The notes: a model not told the origin generated them from the letters alone. A stretch of DNA of 40,649 bases from Acidimicrobiales bacterium (GCA_038255685.1 JBBSLC010000003.1:1-40649); one strand, 5' to 3'. Positions 28,795 to 39,467 are shown, numbered from the stretch's first letter. Translations and numbers: made by a program.

Positions 28795-29586
28795 ATGGCG
28801 TCGCCCCGGCTCGTCACGCCCGAGGCGGTCGAGCTCCGCTTCGAGACGGCGAGCCTCGGCTCGCGCCTGCTCGCCGCCGGGATCGACCTCGCCATCCAGG
28901 GGACGCTCCTGCTCGTCGCGGTCGTCGGCCTCGGTCTGCTGTCGTTCCAGACCGGGTCGGCCACGGCCGGCATCGTCGTCCTCGTGCTGGCGATCACCGC
29001 CATCCTCCTCGGCTACCCGATCGCCTTCGAGACCCTGTGGCAGGGGAGGACGCCGGGCAAGGCGGCGCTCGGTCTGCGGGTGGTGGCGAAGGACGGCTCG
29101 CCGGTGCGGTTCCGCCACGCCGTCGTGCGCGGCTTCCTCACCCTCGTCGACGTCGTGCTCACCTCGGGTGTGGCGGCGGTGCTCAGCATCTTGTTCACAC
29201 CAAACGACCAGCGCCTCGGTGACCTCGCCGCCGGCACCCTCGTGATCCGGGAGCGCACCGGCGCGGGCGCGCCCCTCGCCATGCGCTTCACGGTCCCACC
29301 CGGGTGGGAGGGCTACGCCGCCACCATCGACGTCGCCGGCATGGGGGCCGACGACTACGGCGCCGCCCGGTCGGCGCTGTCGCGGGCGCCGTCGCTCCCG
29401 CCCGACGTGCGCGCCCGGCTGCTCGCCGACGTCGCCACGACCGTCGCCGCCCGCCTCGGCCACGTCCCGCCGCCCGGGGTGCCACCCGAGGCGTTCCTCA
29501 CCTGTGCAGCCGCCCGCTACCAGCAGCGCGCCGCTCCGGTCAGCGGTCCCGACCCCCTCGCCCCACCACCCCCGGCTCGCTGGTAG
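28795..29586 (+). CDS. RDD family membrane protein (Rv3695-like)
   Basis: VTPEAVEL, ASLGSRLLAAGID, GRTPGKAALGLRVV and QRLGDLAAGTLV. Confidence 0.92.
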   Translation: MASPRLVTPEAVELRFETASLGSRLLAAGIDLAIQGTLLLVAVVGLGLLSFQTGSATAGIVVLVLAITAILLGYPIAFETLWQGRTPGKAALGLRVVAKDGSPVRFRHAVVRGFLTLVDVVLTSGVAAVLSILFTPNDQRLGDLAAGTLVIRERTGAGAPLAMRFTVPPGWEGYAATIDVAGMGADDYGAARSALSRAPSLPPDVRARLLADVATTVAARLGHVPPPGVPPEAFLTCAAARYQQRAAPVSGPDPLAPPPPARW

Positions 29587-29608
29587 GAGCCCTCGGTAGC
29601 CTGGCTGC

Positions 29609-30772
29609 GTGGTGACGTACCTCGACCATGCCGCCACGACGCCGCTGCGACCCGAGGCGAGGGAGGCGGTCGTCGCCCAGCTCGACGCCGCCGGCGGCAA
29701 CTCGACCGGCAGCCACGCCCTCGCCCGTGCCAGCCGGCGGGTGGTGGAGGAAGCGCGGGACGAGGTGGCGGACGCCATCGGCTGCGCCCCCGGTGAGGTC
29801 GTCTTCACGAGCGGGGGCACCGAGGCCGACAACCTCGCCGTCAGCGGCGTGCTCGCGGCAACGGGAGGGACGGTGGTGTGCAGCGCCATCGAGCACCACG
29901 CAGTGCTCCACCCGGTCGAGGCGCAGCGAGGGCACCTCGCCCCGGTGACCGGGAGCGGGTTGGTCGACCTGGACGCGCTCGCCCAGCTGCTCGACGGGCT
30001 CGACGACGTCCGACTGGTCTCGGTCATGCTCGTGAACAACGAGGTCGGCAGCATCCAGCCGCTCGCCGAGGTGGCTGCGGTCGTGGCCCGCCACGCACCG
30101 GCCGCCGTGCTCCACACCGACGCCGTGCAGGCCGCGCCGTGGCTCGACCTGCGCGTCGTGGCGGCGCCCGCCCAGCTCGTCTCGATCAGCGCGCACAAGG
30201 TCGGCGGGCCGCAGGGCGTGGGAGCGCTCGTCGTCCGGGAGGGCACGCCGCTGCGCGCCCAGCTGCTCGGTGGTGGCCAGGAGCGCGAGCGCCGCAGCGG
30301 CACCCATGACGTCGCAGGTGTCGCCGGGCTCGCCGCCGCCCTCTCGGCTGCGGTGGCCGAGCGACACGAGGCCGTGGCTCGGGTCGGACGGCTGCGCGAC
30401 CGGCTGGCCGACGGGCTGCTCGCCACCGTGCCCGGCAGCGTGGAGACGGGCGCACGAGCGACCAAGGTGGCCGGCAGCTGCCATCTGCTCTTCGACGGCA
30501 TCGAGAGCGAGGGGCTGCTGATCCTGCTCGACCAGGTCGGCATCTGCGCCACCGCCGCCTCGTCGTGCGCGAGCGGCGCGCTCGAGCCGTCCCACGTGCT
30601 GGCTGCGATGGGCGTGCCCCGTGCCGCAGCCAAGGGGTCGCTCCGGCTCAGCCTGGGCGCCACGACGACCGAGGCCGAGGTCGACCACGCGCTCGCCGCG
30701 ATCCCGGACGCGGTCGCCCGCCTGCGCGAGCGCGAGCCGCTCGTGGAGCGATCCGGTGGGGCGCGCTCGTGA
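29609..30772 (+). CDS. iscS: cysteine desulfurase (IscS/NifS type)
   Basis: YLDHAATTP, FTSGGTEADN, HTDAVQA, SAHKVGGP (PLP Lys), RSGT and ASSCASG (catalytic Cys). Confidence 0.93.
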   Translation: MVTYLDHAATTPLRPEAREAVVAQLDAAGGNSTGSHALARASRRVVEEARDEVADAIGCAPGEVVFTSGGTEADNLAVSGVLAATGGTVVCSAIEHHAVLHPVEAQRGHLAPVTGSGLVDLDALAQLLDGLDDVRLVSVMLVNNEVGSIQPLAEVAAVVARHAPAAVLHTDAVQAAPWLDLRVVAAPAQLVSISAHKVGGPQGVGALVVREGTPLRAQLLGGGQERERRSGTHDVAGVAGLAAALSAAVAERHEAVARVGRLRDRLADGLLATVPGSVETGARATKVAGSCHLLFDGIESEGLLILLDQVGICATAASSCASGALEPSHVLAAMGVPRAAAKGSLRLSLGATTTEAEVDHALAAIPDAVARLREREPLVERSGGARS

Positions 30773-31806
30773 ACGTCCTCGTCGCCATGAGCGGCGGGGT
30801 CGACTCCTCCGTGGCCGCTGCGCTGCTGGTCGAGGCGGGCCACGACGTCACCGGTGCCACCATGAAGCTCTGGGGCGGCGCGTCGGATTCGGGGTGCTGC
30901 TCGGTGGCAGACGTGGACGACGCCCGTCGGGTTGCCCAGCAGCTCGGGATCGACCACTTCACGTTCGGCTTCGGCGACGACTTCGAGGCCGACGTGGTCG
31001 CTCCGTACGTCGCCGCCCACGCCGCCGGGCGCACGCCGAACCCGTGCATCGAGTGCAACCGCCACCTCAAGTTCGACCGCTTCCTCCGCCGAGCGGACGC
31101 CCTCGGCTTCGATGCCATCGCCACCGGCCACCACGCTCGGGTCGAGCGGTCGGGTGGTGCCTGGCACCTCCGGCGTGGCACGGACCGCGCCAAGGACCAG
31201 AGCTACGTGCTCCACATGCTCGGCCAGCGGGCGCTGGCGCTGACCCTGCTCCCCGTGGGCGAGCTGTCCAAGGCCGAGGTCCGAGCTCGCGCCGCGGCGG
31301 CGGGGTTGCGCACCGCCGACAAGGTCGACAGCCAGGACGTCTGCTTCATCACCGCCACCGGCGGGCGCGCTGGCTTCCTCGGGCCCCGGCTCGACCTGGC
31401 CCCGGGGCGCGTGGTGGACGGCGCGGGCAACGTGGTCGGTTCGGTCCCTGCGGTGCAGCTCGTCACCATCGGTCAGCGTCGGGGGCTGGGCCTGCCCGGC
31501 GGCTCCGACGCACGCTTCGTGACCGGGGTCGACGTCACCGCCGGCACCGTCACCGTCGGGCGGGCCGAGGACCTGCTCGTGGACGAGGTGGTGGTCGGAG
31601 ACGTGACGTGGGTCGACGGACCGGTGACCGGCGACGTCGAGGTCCAGGTCTCCGCCCACGGGGAGGCACATCCTGCCCGGTTCGAGGTCACCGGCCAGCA
31701 CGCTGGCTGCGTGCGCCTGGAGACGCCGATCCGTCGGGTGGCCCCAGGGCAGAGCGTCGTGCTCTACCGCGGCGACGACGTCCTCGGCGGCGGCACGGCG
31801 GCTTGA
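30769..31806 (+). CDS. mnmA: tRNA 2-thiouridine(34) synthase
   Basis: AMSGGVDSS (PP-loop), TPNPCIECN, ATGHHA, KDQSYVL, SQDVCF, TIGQRRGL and APGQSVVLY. GTGA overlap with iscS. Confidence 0.95.
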   Translation: MNVLVAMSGGVDSSVAAALLVEAGHDVTGATMKLWGGASDSGCCSVADVDDARRVAQQLGIDHFTFGFGDDFEADVVAPYVAAHAAGRTPNPCIECNRHLKFDRFLRRADALGFDAIATGHHARVERSGGAWHLRRGTDRAKDQSYVLHMLGQRALALTLLPVGELSKAEVRARAAAAGLRTADKVDSQDVCFITATGGRAGFLGPRLDLAPGRVVDGAGNVVGSVPAVQLVTIGQRRGLGLPGGSDARFVTGVDVTAGTVTVGRAEDLLVDEVVVGDVTWVDGPVTGDVEVQVSAHGEAHPARFEVTGQHAGCVRLETPIRRVAPGQSVVLYRGDDVLGGGTAA

Positions 31807-31818
31807 GGTCGCTTCTGC

Positions 31819-31863
31819 TTTCTGGACGCTCAACCACCGCTCAGGTGGTCGAACATCCAGAAA
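31819..31863 (-). terminator. long hairpin between convergent mnmA and DUF4395 (terminator or REP-like palindrome)
   Basis: Minus-strand RNA TTTCTGGATGTTCGACCACC-TGAGC-GGTGGTTGAGCGTCCAGAAA forms a 20-bp stem with 3 G-U pairs. Confidence 0.65.
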
Positions 31864-31891
31864 TGGAGAGCGTCACGGTCTTGATGGACGC

Positions 31892-32398
31892 TCAGCCGGC
31901 TTGGCCGACGAGGCGGTCCTGACGTGACCAGATGTCGGCGCAGTCGACGCAGACGTCCTCGGGGATGACGCCGGCCCGCATCAAGACACTGAACACCTTG
32001 CAGCCGACGCACAGGGCGAAGACCGACTCGAGGGTGGCGAACACGACGAGCACCGCCAGCAGGCCCCATGCCCAACCGTCGAGGCCGAACCCGAGGTGGA
32101 GCACCGTCGCGGTGACGGTGAAGACGGCGCCGATCGCCTGTGCGAAGCGCTTCGGGGGACCGGCCACCAGCTTCGGGGGCACCGGGAGCCACGGTACGAG
32201 GACCTTGGTCACGAGGAGCGCCAGGGGGCTGAAGCGGGGACCGGCGAGCGCGCGGGCGACGAAGCCGTAGGCCAGCACGGGCAGCAGCCACGGGAGGTCG
32301 AAGGCGATCGCGCTGGAGGCGAGGAGCACGACACCGCCGGCGACGAGCCGTGCCGCGACCTCGTTGACGGGGTTGGGGAAGGCTGGGAGGCGGGCCAC
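31892..32398 (-). CDS. DUF4395 membrane protein
   Basis: FPNPVNEVAAR, GPRFSPLA, GPPKRFAQAIG, LESVFALCVGC and VCVDC. TAGGCT plus 6 nt precedes GTG. Confidence 0.88.
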   Translation of the reverse strand: MARLPAFPNPVNEVAARLVAGGVVLLASSAIAFDLPWLLPVLAYGFVARALAGPRFSPLALLVTKVLVPWLPVPPKLVAGPPKRFAQAIGAVFTVTATVLHLGFGLDGWAWGLLAVLVVFATLESVFALCVGCKVFSVLMRAGVIPEDVCVDCADIWSRQDRLVGQAG

Positions 32399-32440
32399 AC
32401 TGCGAGCCTACCGCGAATTCCTGACCACATCGGTCAGGTA

Positions 32441-33316
32441 TCACGCCACGGGGATGCGTCGGGCGCTGGCATCGCTCAGCACAGCACCTGGGCGCGTGGG
32501 CGTGAAGAGCACCCGGGCCGTGCGGCCCTGCTCGCCGTTCGTGCCGGGCACGACCCGGACGAGGCCGACCTTGTCGAGGAGCCGGAGCTCGAGGGCGAGG
32601 CCGGGTGCCTTCGCCGTGAGGTCCAGCGCGTCGGTGTCGGCCGGCGCAGCGCGCAGGACCTCGACCTCGGTGCGTCGGAACAGGACGGGATCGAGGATCG
32701 TGAGGTGGTCCTTCAGCACGAGCCCCGCAGGGACGAGGACGGCCCAGCGCTGCGTGAGCGAGTGGAGGGCACGGGCGGCGACGACGGCGACGGCGGCGCC
32801 GACGAGCGTGGCGACGCCCCCGGCGACCCACTGCTCGGCGGCGAGGAGGAGGGGTCCGGTGACCGCCCCCGCCACGAGGGCGGCCCAGGCGAGCGGGAGC
32901 GGGCCGAGCAGGAGCGTGCCGGGTGCCCGCAGGAGGTGACGTCGCTCGTCGCCGTAGGCAGACCCGTTCACGAAGAGCCAGCCGACCTCGGGGAAGTAGG
33001 CGAGGGCAGCGGCGACGAGGGCGCTCGACACGGCGAGCGCAGCGGGGAGCCGGTCCGCCCCGGCATCCACCACCGCTGCGACCGCGGCGACGAGGGCGGC
33101 TGGAGCCACGACTCGCAAGACGGTGAGGCCGACGTCGCGTGGGACGAGCGTGGCGACGAGGACCCCGCCCCACACCAGCCACAGCGCCACCGACGCCGTG
33201 GTGCGGACGGCGACCGAGCGTGCGTCGAGCGCGTCGGCCAGGACCGGACCGACGCTGAAGGGCAGGACGACCCACGACAGGCGCACGATCCACGGCAGGA
33301 CGGGCGAGGGGATCAT
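32441..33316 (-). CDS. hypothetical multi-pass membrane protein with C-terminal soluble domain
   Basis: About 6 hydrophobic segments, NGSAYGDERR loop, then a beta-rich C-terminus. Coding-like codon usage. Confidence 0.75.
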   Translation of the reverse strand: MIPSPVLPWIVRLSWVVLPFSVGPVLADALDARSVAVRTTASVALWLVWGGVLVATLVPRDVGLTVLRVVAPAALVAAVAAVVDAGADRLPAALAVSSALVAAALAYFPEVGWLFVNGSAYGDERRHLLRAPGTLLLGPLPLAWAALVAGAVTGPLLLAAEQWVAGGVATLVGAAVAVVAARALHSLTQRWAVLVPAGLVLKDHLTILDPVLFRRTEVEVLRAAPADTDALDLTAKAPGLALELRLLDKVGLVRVVPGTNGEQGRTARVLFTPTRPGAVLSDASARRIPVA

Positions 33317-33391
33317 GGCCTGAGACTTGCGTACAGGGAGCCCGGTGGCCAACGCTGGTCTCATGCAGGTCGGCCTCGAGGAGCGGGGAAC

Positions 33392-34456
33392 GTGAGCAGC
33401 ACCGAGCGCCACGACGACGGTCCGAGCAGCGGCGGCCGCGCTGCTGGCGTGCGCCTCCCCATGCGACCGGGGTCCGTCACCTCGATGGGCAGCCTCCCGC
33501 ACCGTGATCCCGACGACGCCGCGGCGTTCGTGCTCGAGCGTCACCCTGGCCTCCCCGCTGCGCCGCAGCTCCCACGCCGCTCCCCGCTCGAGGGGATGGT
33601 CGCCCAGTCCGCTCGGGGCATCGAGGGCGTGACCGTGACGCCCGACGGCCGCGTGCACGTCGACGCCGCCGGCCTCGATCCCGCCGCGCCTGTCCGCACG
33701 CCGGTCGATGGTGCCAGCCACGGCGGTCTGCTCGCGTTCCTGAGCGCAGCAGCAGGGCGAACCGAGCCGATCAAGATCCAGCTGACGGGTCCGATCACGC
33801 TCGGCCTCGCCCTCATCGACGCCGGTGCCGATCCTGACGTTGCCTTCCCCGTGGCCGGTGCCGCCGTCTCGGTGCAGGCGAGGGACCTGGTTGCGCTCGT
33901 GCGACGCCGGCTCCCGGACGCGCCCCTCCTCGCCGTGCTCGACGAGCCCGGCCTCGTCGCGCTGCCTGCCGGCGAGATCCCGCTCACGGCCGACGGCACC
34001 ATCGACCTGCTGTCGGGTTCGCTCGCCGCGCTCGAGGCGAGCGGCGCCACGACGGGCGTGCACTGCTGCGGGGCGACCGACTGGCGGCTCGTGTCCCACG
34101 CCGGCCCCACCGTCCTCGCGCTGCCGGCTGAGCCCGACGTCGTGCTCCCCGATGCCGGTGCGCTGGCCTCCCACCTGGAGCGGGGCGGTTGGGTGGCGTG
34201 GGGCGCGGTGCCGACCGACCAGCCCGTCGGCGCCGACGCCGATCGCCTGTGGCGCCAGCTGACGGCACTGTGGTGCGAGCTCGTCCGGCTCGGCTGCGAC
34301 CCCGGGCTGCTCCGCACCCAGGCCATGGTGACCCCGGCGTGCGGCCTCGCCGGCCACGGGATCAGCCAGGCGGCACTGTGGCTCGGGCTCGCCGCCGACC
34401 TCGCCGCCCGGGTCTCCGACCAGGCGGTCGCAGCCAAGCTCTCCATGGGCGCGTAG
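33392..34456 (+). CDS. cobalamin-independent methionine synthase catalytic-core-like protein (Rv3015c-like)
   Basis: MGSLP, PQLP, KIQLTGPITL, LDEPGL, VHCCG, WGAVPT and VTPACGLAG. Immediately upstream of ligA. Start is uncertain (33392 or 33461). Confidence 0.8.
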   Translation: MSSTERHDDGPSSGGRAAGVRLPMRPGSVTSMGSLPHRDPDDAAAFVLERHPGLPAAPQLPRRSPLEGMVAQSARGIEGVTVTPDGRVHVDAAGLDPAAPVRTPVDGASHGGLLAFLSAAAGRTEPIKIQLTGPITLGLALIDAGADPDVAFPVAGAAVSVQARDLVALVRRRLPDAPLLAVLDEPGLVALPAGEIPLTADGTIDLLSGSLAALEASGATTGVHCCGATDWRLVSHAGPTVLALPAEPDVVLPDAGALASHLERGGWVAWGAVPTDQPVGADADRLWRQLTALWCELVRLGCDPGLLRTQAMVTPACGLAGHGISQAALWLGLAADLAARVSDQAVAAKLSMGA

Positions 34457-34486
34457 GCCTCCGGGACCGTCACACCCCCTCGGTAG

Positions 34487-36511
<2,025 letters not shown>

Positions 36512-36528
36512 GCTGGGGCAGCGCGGCG

Positions 36529-36939
36529 TCAGGCGACGCCGAAGCTCCAGATGACCGAGCGAGCGTCATCCCGGGTCTCCGACGCCGTGCGCCAGATCTC
36601 CGCCTCGACGACGATCGCCCCGGCCTCGAAGGCCTCGATCTCCTTGCCGGCACCGGGTTGGAAGTAGACCTCGTTCTGCGCCTCGACCCTCCGGAGCTGG
36701 TCCTCGGGGATCTCGAGGCCGTTCACGAGCAGCACCCCGGTCCACCCCGGTGCCAGGTCGATGCCGACCTCGGCCTGGCGCACGGCGAGCGGGCTGCCGT
36801 CGGCTGGCACGAGCCGTTCGACCGCCTCGTCGGTGGCGCGGATCTCGTCCGGCCCTGAGTTCAGCGTGCCGGCGTAGACGATCGCGGCGAGCGACCCGAT
36901 CACGAGCAAGAAGGGGATCATGCGCTTGAGGACCTTCAT
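36529..36939 (-). CDS. hypothetical membrane-anchored protein with a beta-rich (Ig-like?) domain
   Basis: N-terminal TM/signal, then VERLVP...VGIDLAPGWTGVLLVNGLEIP...VIWSF. ATGA overlap with the upstream gene. Confidence 0.75.
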   Translation of the reverse strand: MKVLKRMIPFLLVIGSLAAIVYAGTLNSGPDEIRATDEAVERLVPADGSPLAVRQAEVGIDLAPGWTGVLLVNGLEIPEDQLRRVEAQNEVYFQPGAGKEIEAFEAGAIVVEAEIWRTASETRDDARSVIWSFGVA

Positions 36940-37292
36940 GGCGCCACCGGACTCGTCTCGGTCGCGAAGAGGCGGGACAGCCGCCGGTTCATGACCTCGA
37001 TCCGGATGCGCAGCTCGCCGGCGGGGAGGTCGTCCCACACCGCCTCCATCACCTTGAACAGGCGGGGGTAGACGATGCCCTCGATGTCAGCGGCGAGGCC
37101 CGGGGACACGGGACCGATCTGCTGGCGGACGAGGACCGCGTGGAGGAACCGGGCGATCTGGTGCAGCGTCGGGTCCGCCGTCTCGCCCCCCGCTGCCTCG
37201 AGCCGCTCCACCAGCGCAGCGAGCTCGATCGGGTCCCAGAGCTGGCCGCGGCCGATGAACGCCTCGAGGTCCTCCATCGCCGCAGCGCGCAC
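36936..37292 (-). CDS. hypothetical helical cytoplasmic protein (start GTG 37292 or ATG 37277)
   Basis: MEDLEAFIGRGQLWDPIEL...IEGIVYPRLFKVMEA...NRRLSRLF. CAGGAT plus 6 nt precedes GTG. Confidence 0.7.
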   Translation of the reverse strand: MRAAAMEDLEAFIGRGQLWDPIELAALVERLEAAGGETADPTLHQIARFLHAVLVRQQIGPVSPGLAADIEGIVYPRLFKVMEAVWDDLPAGELRIRIEVMNRRLSRLFATETSPVAP

Positions 37293-37394
37293 GACACGAT
37301 CCTGCCCGACCGAGGTCCCGTCGGCGACATCAGGGGGTTGCCACGTTGCGGGGGATGCCCGATCTGGCGCTCGGGCGGCGGTACCCTCCGATCC

Positions 37395-39467
37395 GTGGCC
37401 ATGTCCGGGATGACCGAGCAGCTCGGCCGTGTCCTCGGTGGCCGCTACCGGTTGACGGCACCGGTCGGGACGGGCTCGTCGGCCCAGGTCTTCCTGGCCG
37501 ACGACGTGACCCTCCGGCGACGGGTCGCCGTGAAGGTCCTGCACCCAGCGCTCGCCGCCGACGAGTCGTTCCTGCGGCGCTTCCGTGCCGAGGCCCGCAG
37601 CGCCGCTGCGCTGAGCCACCCAAACCTCATGGCGGTGTACGACTGGGGCGAGGACGACGTCCCGTACCTCGTGCTCGAGTTCCTCGGCGGGGGCAGCCTG
37701 CGCAGCATGCTCGACGCCGGCACCCGCCTGACCCCCTCGCAGGCGGTCGTGGTCGGCCTCGACGCGGCCCGGGCGCTCGACGCAGCGCACCGCCGCAGCT
37801 TCGTGCACCGCGACATCAAGCCCGCCAACCTCCTGTTCGGTGACGACGCCCGGTTGCGCATCGCCGACTTCGGCCTCGCCCGAGCCCTGTCGGAGGCAGC
37901 GTGGACCGAGCCTGGCGACGGCCTCATCGGCACCGCTCGCTACGCCGCGCCCGAGCAGGCTGCGAGCCCGCGCATCGACGGCAAGGCCGACGTGTACTCC
38001 CTCGGCCTCGTGCTCATCGAGGCGGTCACCGGTCAGGTCCCCCTCACGGCGGACACCGCGCTCGGCACGCTCATGCGGCGGGTCGACGAAGCGGTCCCCG
38101 TCCCGCCCGCGATGGGTCCGCTCCGGGCGATCCTCGAGCGCGCCGGTCGCGTCGACCCTGGCGCCCGCCCCGATGCGAGCGAGCTCGCGCGCGGCCTCCT
38201 CGCCGCCGCCAACGACCTCGATCGGCCGACGCCGCTGCGCCTCGCCGGCACGGTGCTCCCGACGTCGGCCCCGATGCAGGATCCGACGCTCCTCCCCGGT
38301 TCGGTGGTCGGTCCCCAGGTGGTCGACCTCCGCGACGGCGGGGCTGGCGACGCCCGTACCGCCCTGTTCGACGATCTCGCCGCAGACGAGGCGCACGCCG
38401 CGCCGGCGTCGACCGGTCGCACGATGGCAGGGGATGCAGGTGCGTCCGTGGCTCGCGACGTCGACGTGGCCGAGCCGAAGCGCCGTCGCCGTCGCTGGCC
38501 GTGGGTCGCGCTCGTGCTCGTCCTGCTGGCCGCAGGAGCTGCGGGGGCCACCACGCTGCTCCCCGACGTCGTCGATCAGGCGCCCGAGGTCCGGGCTGCG
38601 TCGGTGCCCAACCTGTCGAACCTCTCCCGTGCCGATGCCGAGGCGGCGCTGGCCGAGGTCGCCGCCGCCGAGACCGAGTCCGGCGTCGACCCCGAAGCTG
38701 CGATCGATCCTGACGCGCCGCCACCTCCTCCGTTCACCTGGGCGATCTCGGTGCGCCAGGAGCCGAGCGAGGCGACCGAGGCCGGCTTCGTCATCCGCCA
38801 GGTCCCCGACGCCGGCACCGAGCTGGCAGAAGGCGAGACGGTCCGCTTCTGGGTCTCCCTCGGTCCGCCGCTCCGCGTCGTCCCCGACCTCGTGAACCGC
38901 ACGCCAGAGGAGGTGCAGGTCGACCTCGAGGCCGCCGAGCTCGCTGTCGGCACGACCTCGGACCAGCCCGACGAGGTCGTCGACGCCGGCCGCGTGCTCA
39001 CCTGGCGGGTGGGAGGGGAGGACCGTCCGGCTCGCATCCCGAAGGGCACCGAGGTGGACGTCGTCTACTCGTCCGGTCCCGCCCCGAGGGTCATCCCCTC
39101 CCTCGCCGGTGCATCGCTCGACCAGGCACGCGCCGACCTGGCCGAGGACGGCCTCGACGTGACCGTCACCGAGCAGTTCTCGAACAGCGTGGCGGCCGGG
39201 GTGGTCATCGCGACGAACCCGGGCGGCGGCGCCACCGTGGCGCGAGGTGACACCGTCGAGCTGGTGGTGTCGAAGGGCCCCGATCTCGTGACGGTCCCCG
39301 ATGTGAGCGGCTTGAGCGAGGCCGATGCCATCGCTGCCCTCGAGGCGGCCGGCCTGGTCGCCGGCAGCTCCACGGGGCCTGCTGGTGGCAGCGTCTTCGA
39401 GACCGACCCCGGGGCTGGGGCGTCGGTCCAGCGTGGCACCGAGGTGGACCTCTTCCGTCGGCGGTAG
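37395..39467 (+). CDS. PknB/Stk1-like Ser/Thr kinase with TM and four PASTA domains
   Basis: GRYRL, VAVKVL, HRDIKPANLL, DFGLAR, GTARYAAPEQ, RRRRRWPW plus TM, and four VP-x-L...VS-x-G type repeats. TACCCT plus 7 nt precedes GTG. Confidence 0.93.
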   Translation: MAMSGMTEQLGRVLGGRYRLTAPVGTGSSAQVFLADDVTLRRRVAVKVLHPALAADESFLRRFRAEARSAAALSHPNLMAVYDWGEDDVPYLVLEFLGGGSLRSMLDAGTRLTPSQAVVVGLDAARALDAAHRRSFVHRDIKPANLLFGDDARLRIADFGLARALSEAAWTEPGDGLIGTARYAAPEQAASPRIDGKADVYSLGLVLIEAVTGQVPLTADTALGTLMRRVDEAVPVPPAMGPLRAILERAGRVDPGARPDASELARGLLAAANDLDRPTPLRLAGTVLPTSAPMQDPTLLPGSVVGPQVVDLRDGGAGDARTALFDDLAADEAHAAPASTGRTMAGDAGASVARDVDVAEPKRRRRRWPWVALVLVLLAAGAAGATTLLPDVVDQAPEVRAASVPNLSNLSRADAEAALAEVAAAETESGVDPEAAIDPDAPPPPPFTWAISVRQEPSEATEAGFVIRQVPDAGTELAEGETVRFWVSLGPPLRVVPDLVNRTPEEVQVDLEAAELAVGTTSDQPDEVVDAGRVLTWRVGGEDRPARIPKGTEVDVVYSSGPAPRVIPSLAGASLDQARADLAEDGLDVTVTEQFSNSVAAGVVIATNPGGGATVARGDTVELVVSKGPDLVTVPDVSGLSEADAIAALEAAGLVAGSSTGPAGGSVFETDPGAGASVQRGTEVDLFRRR

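Noticed and set aside
27982-31833. 1283-aa minus-strand ORF
   Set aside because: Antisense shadow of RDD, iscS and mnmA. It has no motifs, and long shadow ORFs are expected at this GC content.
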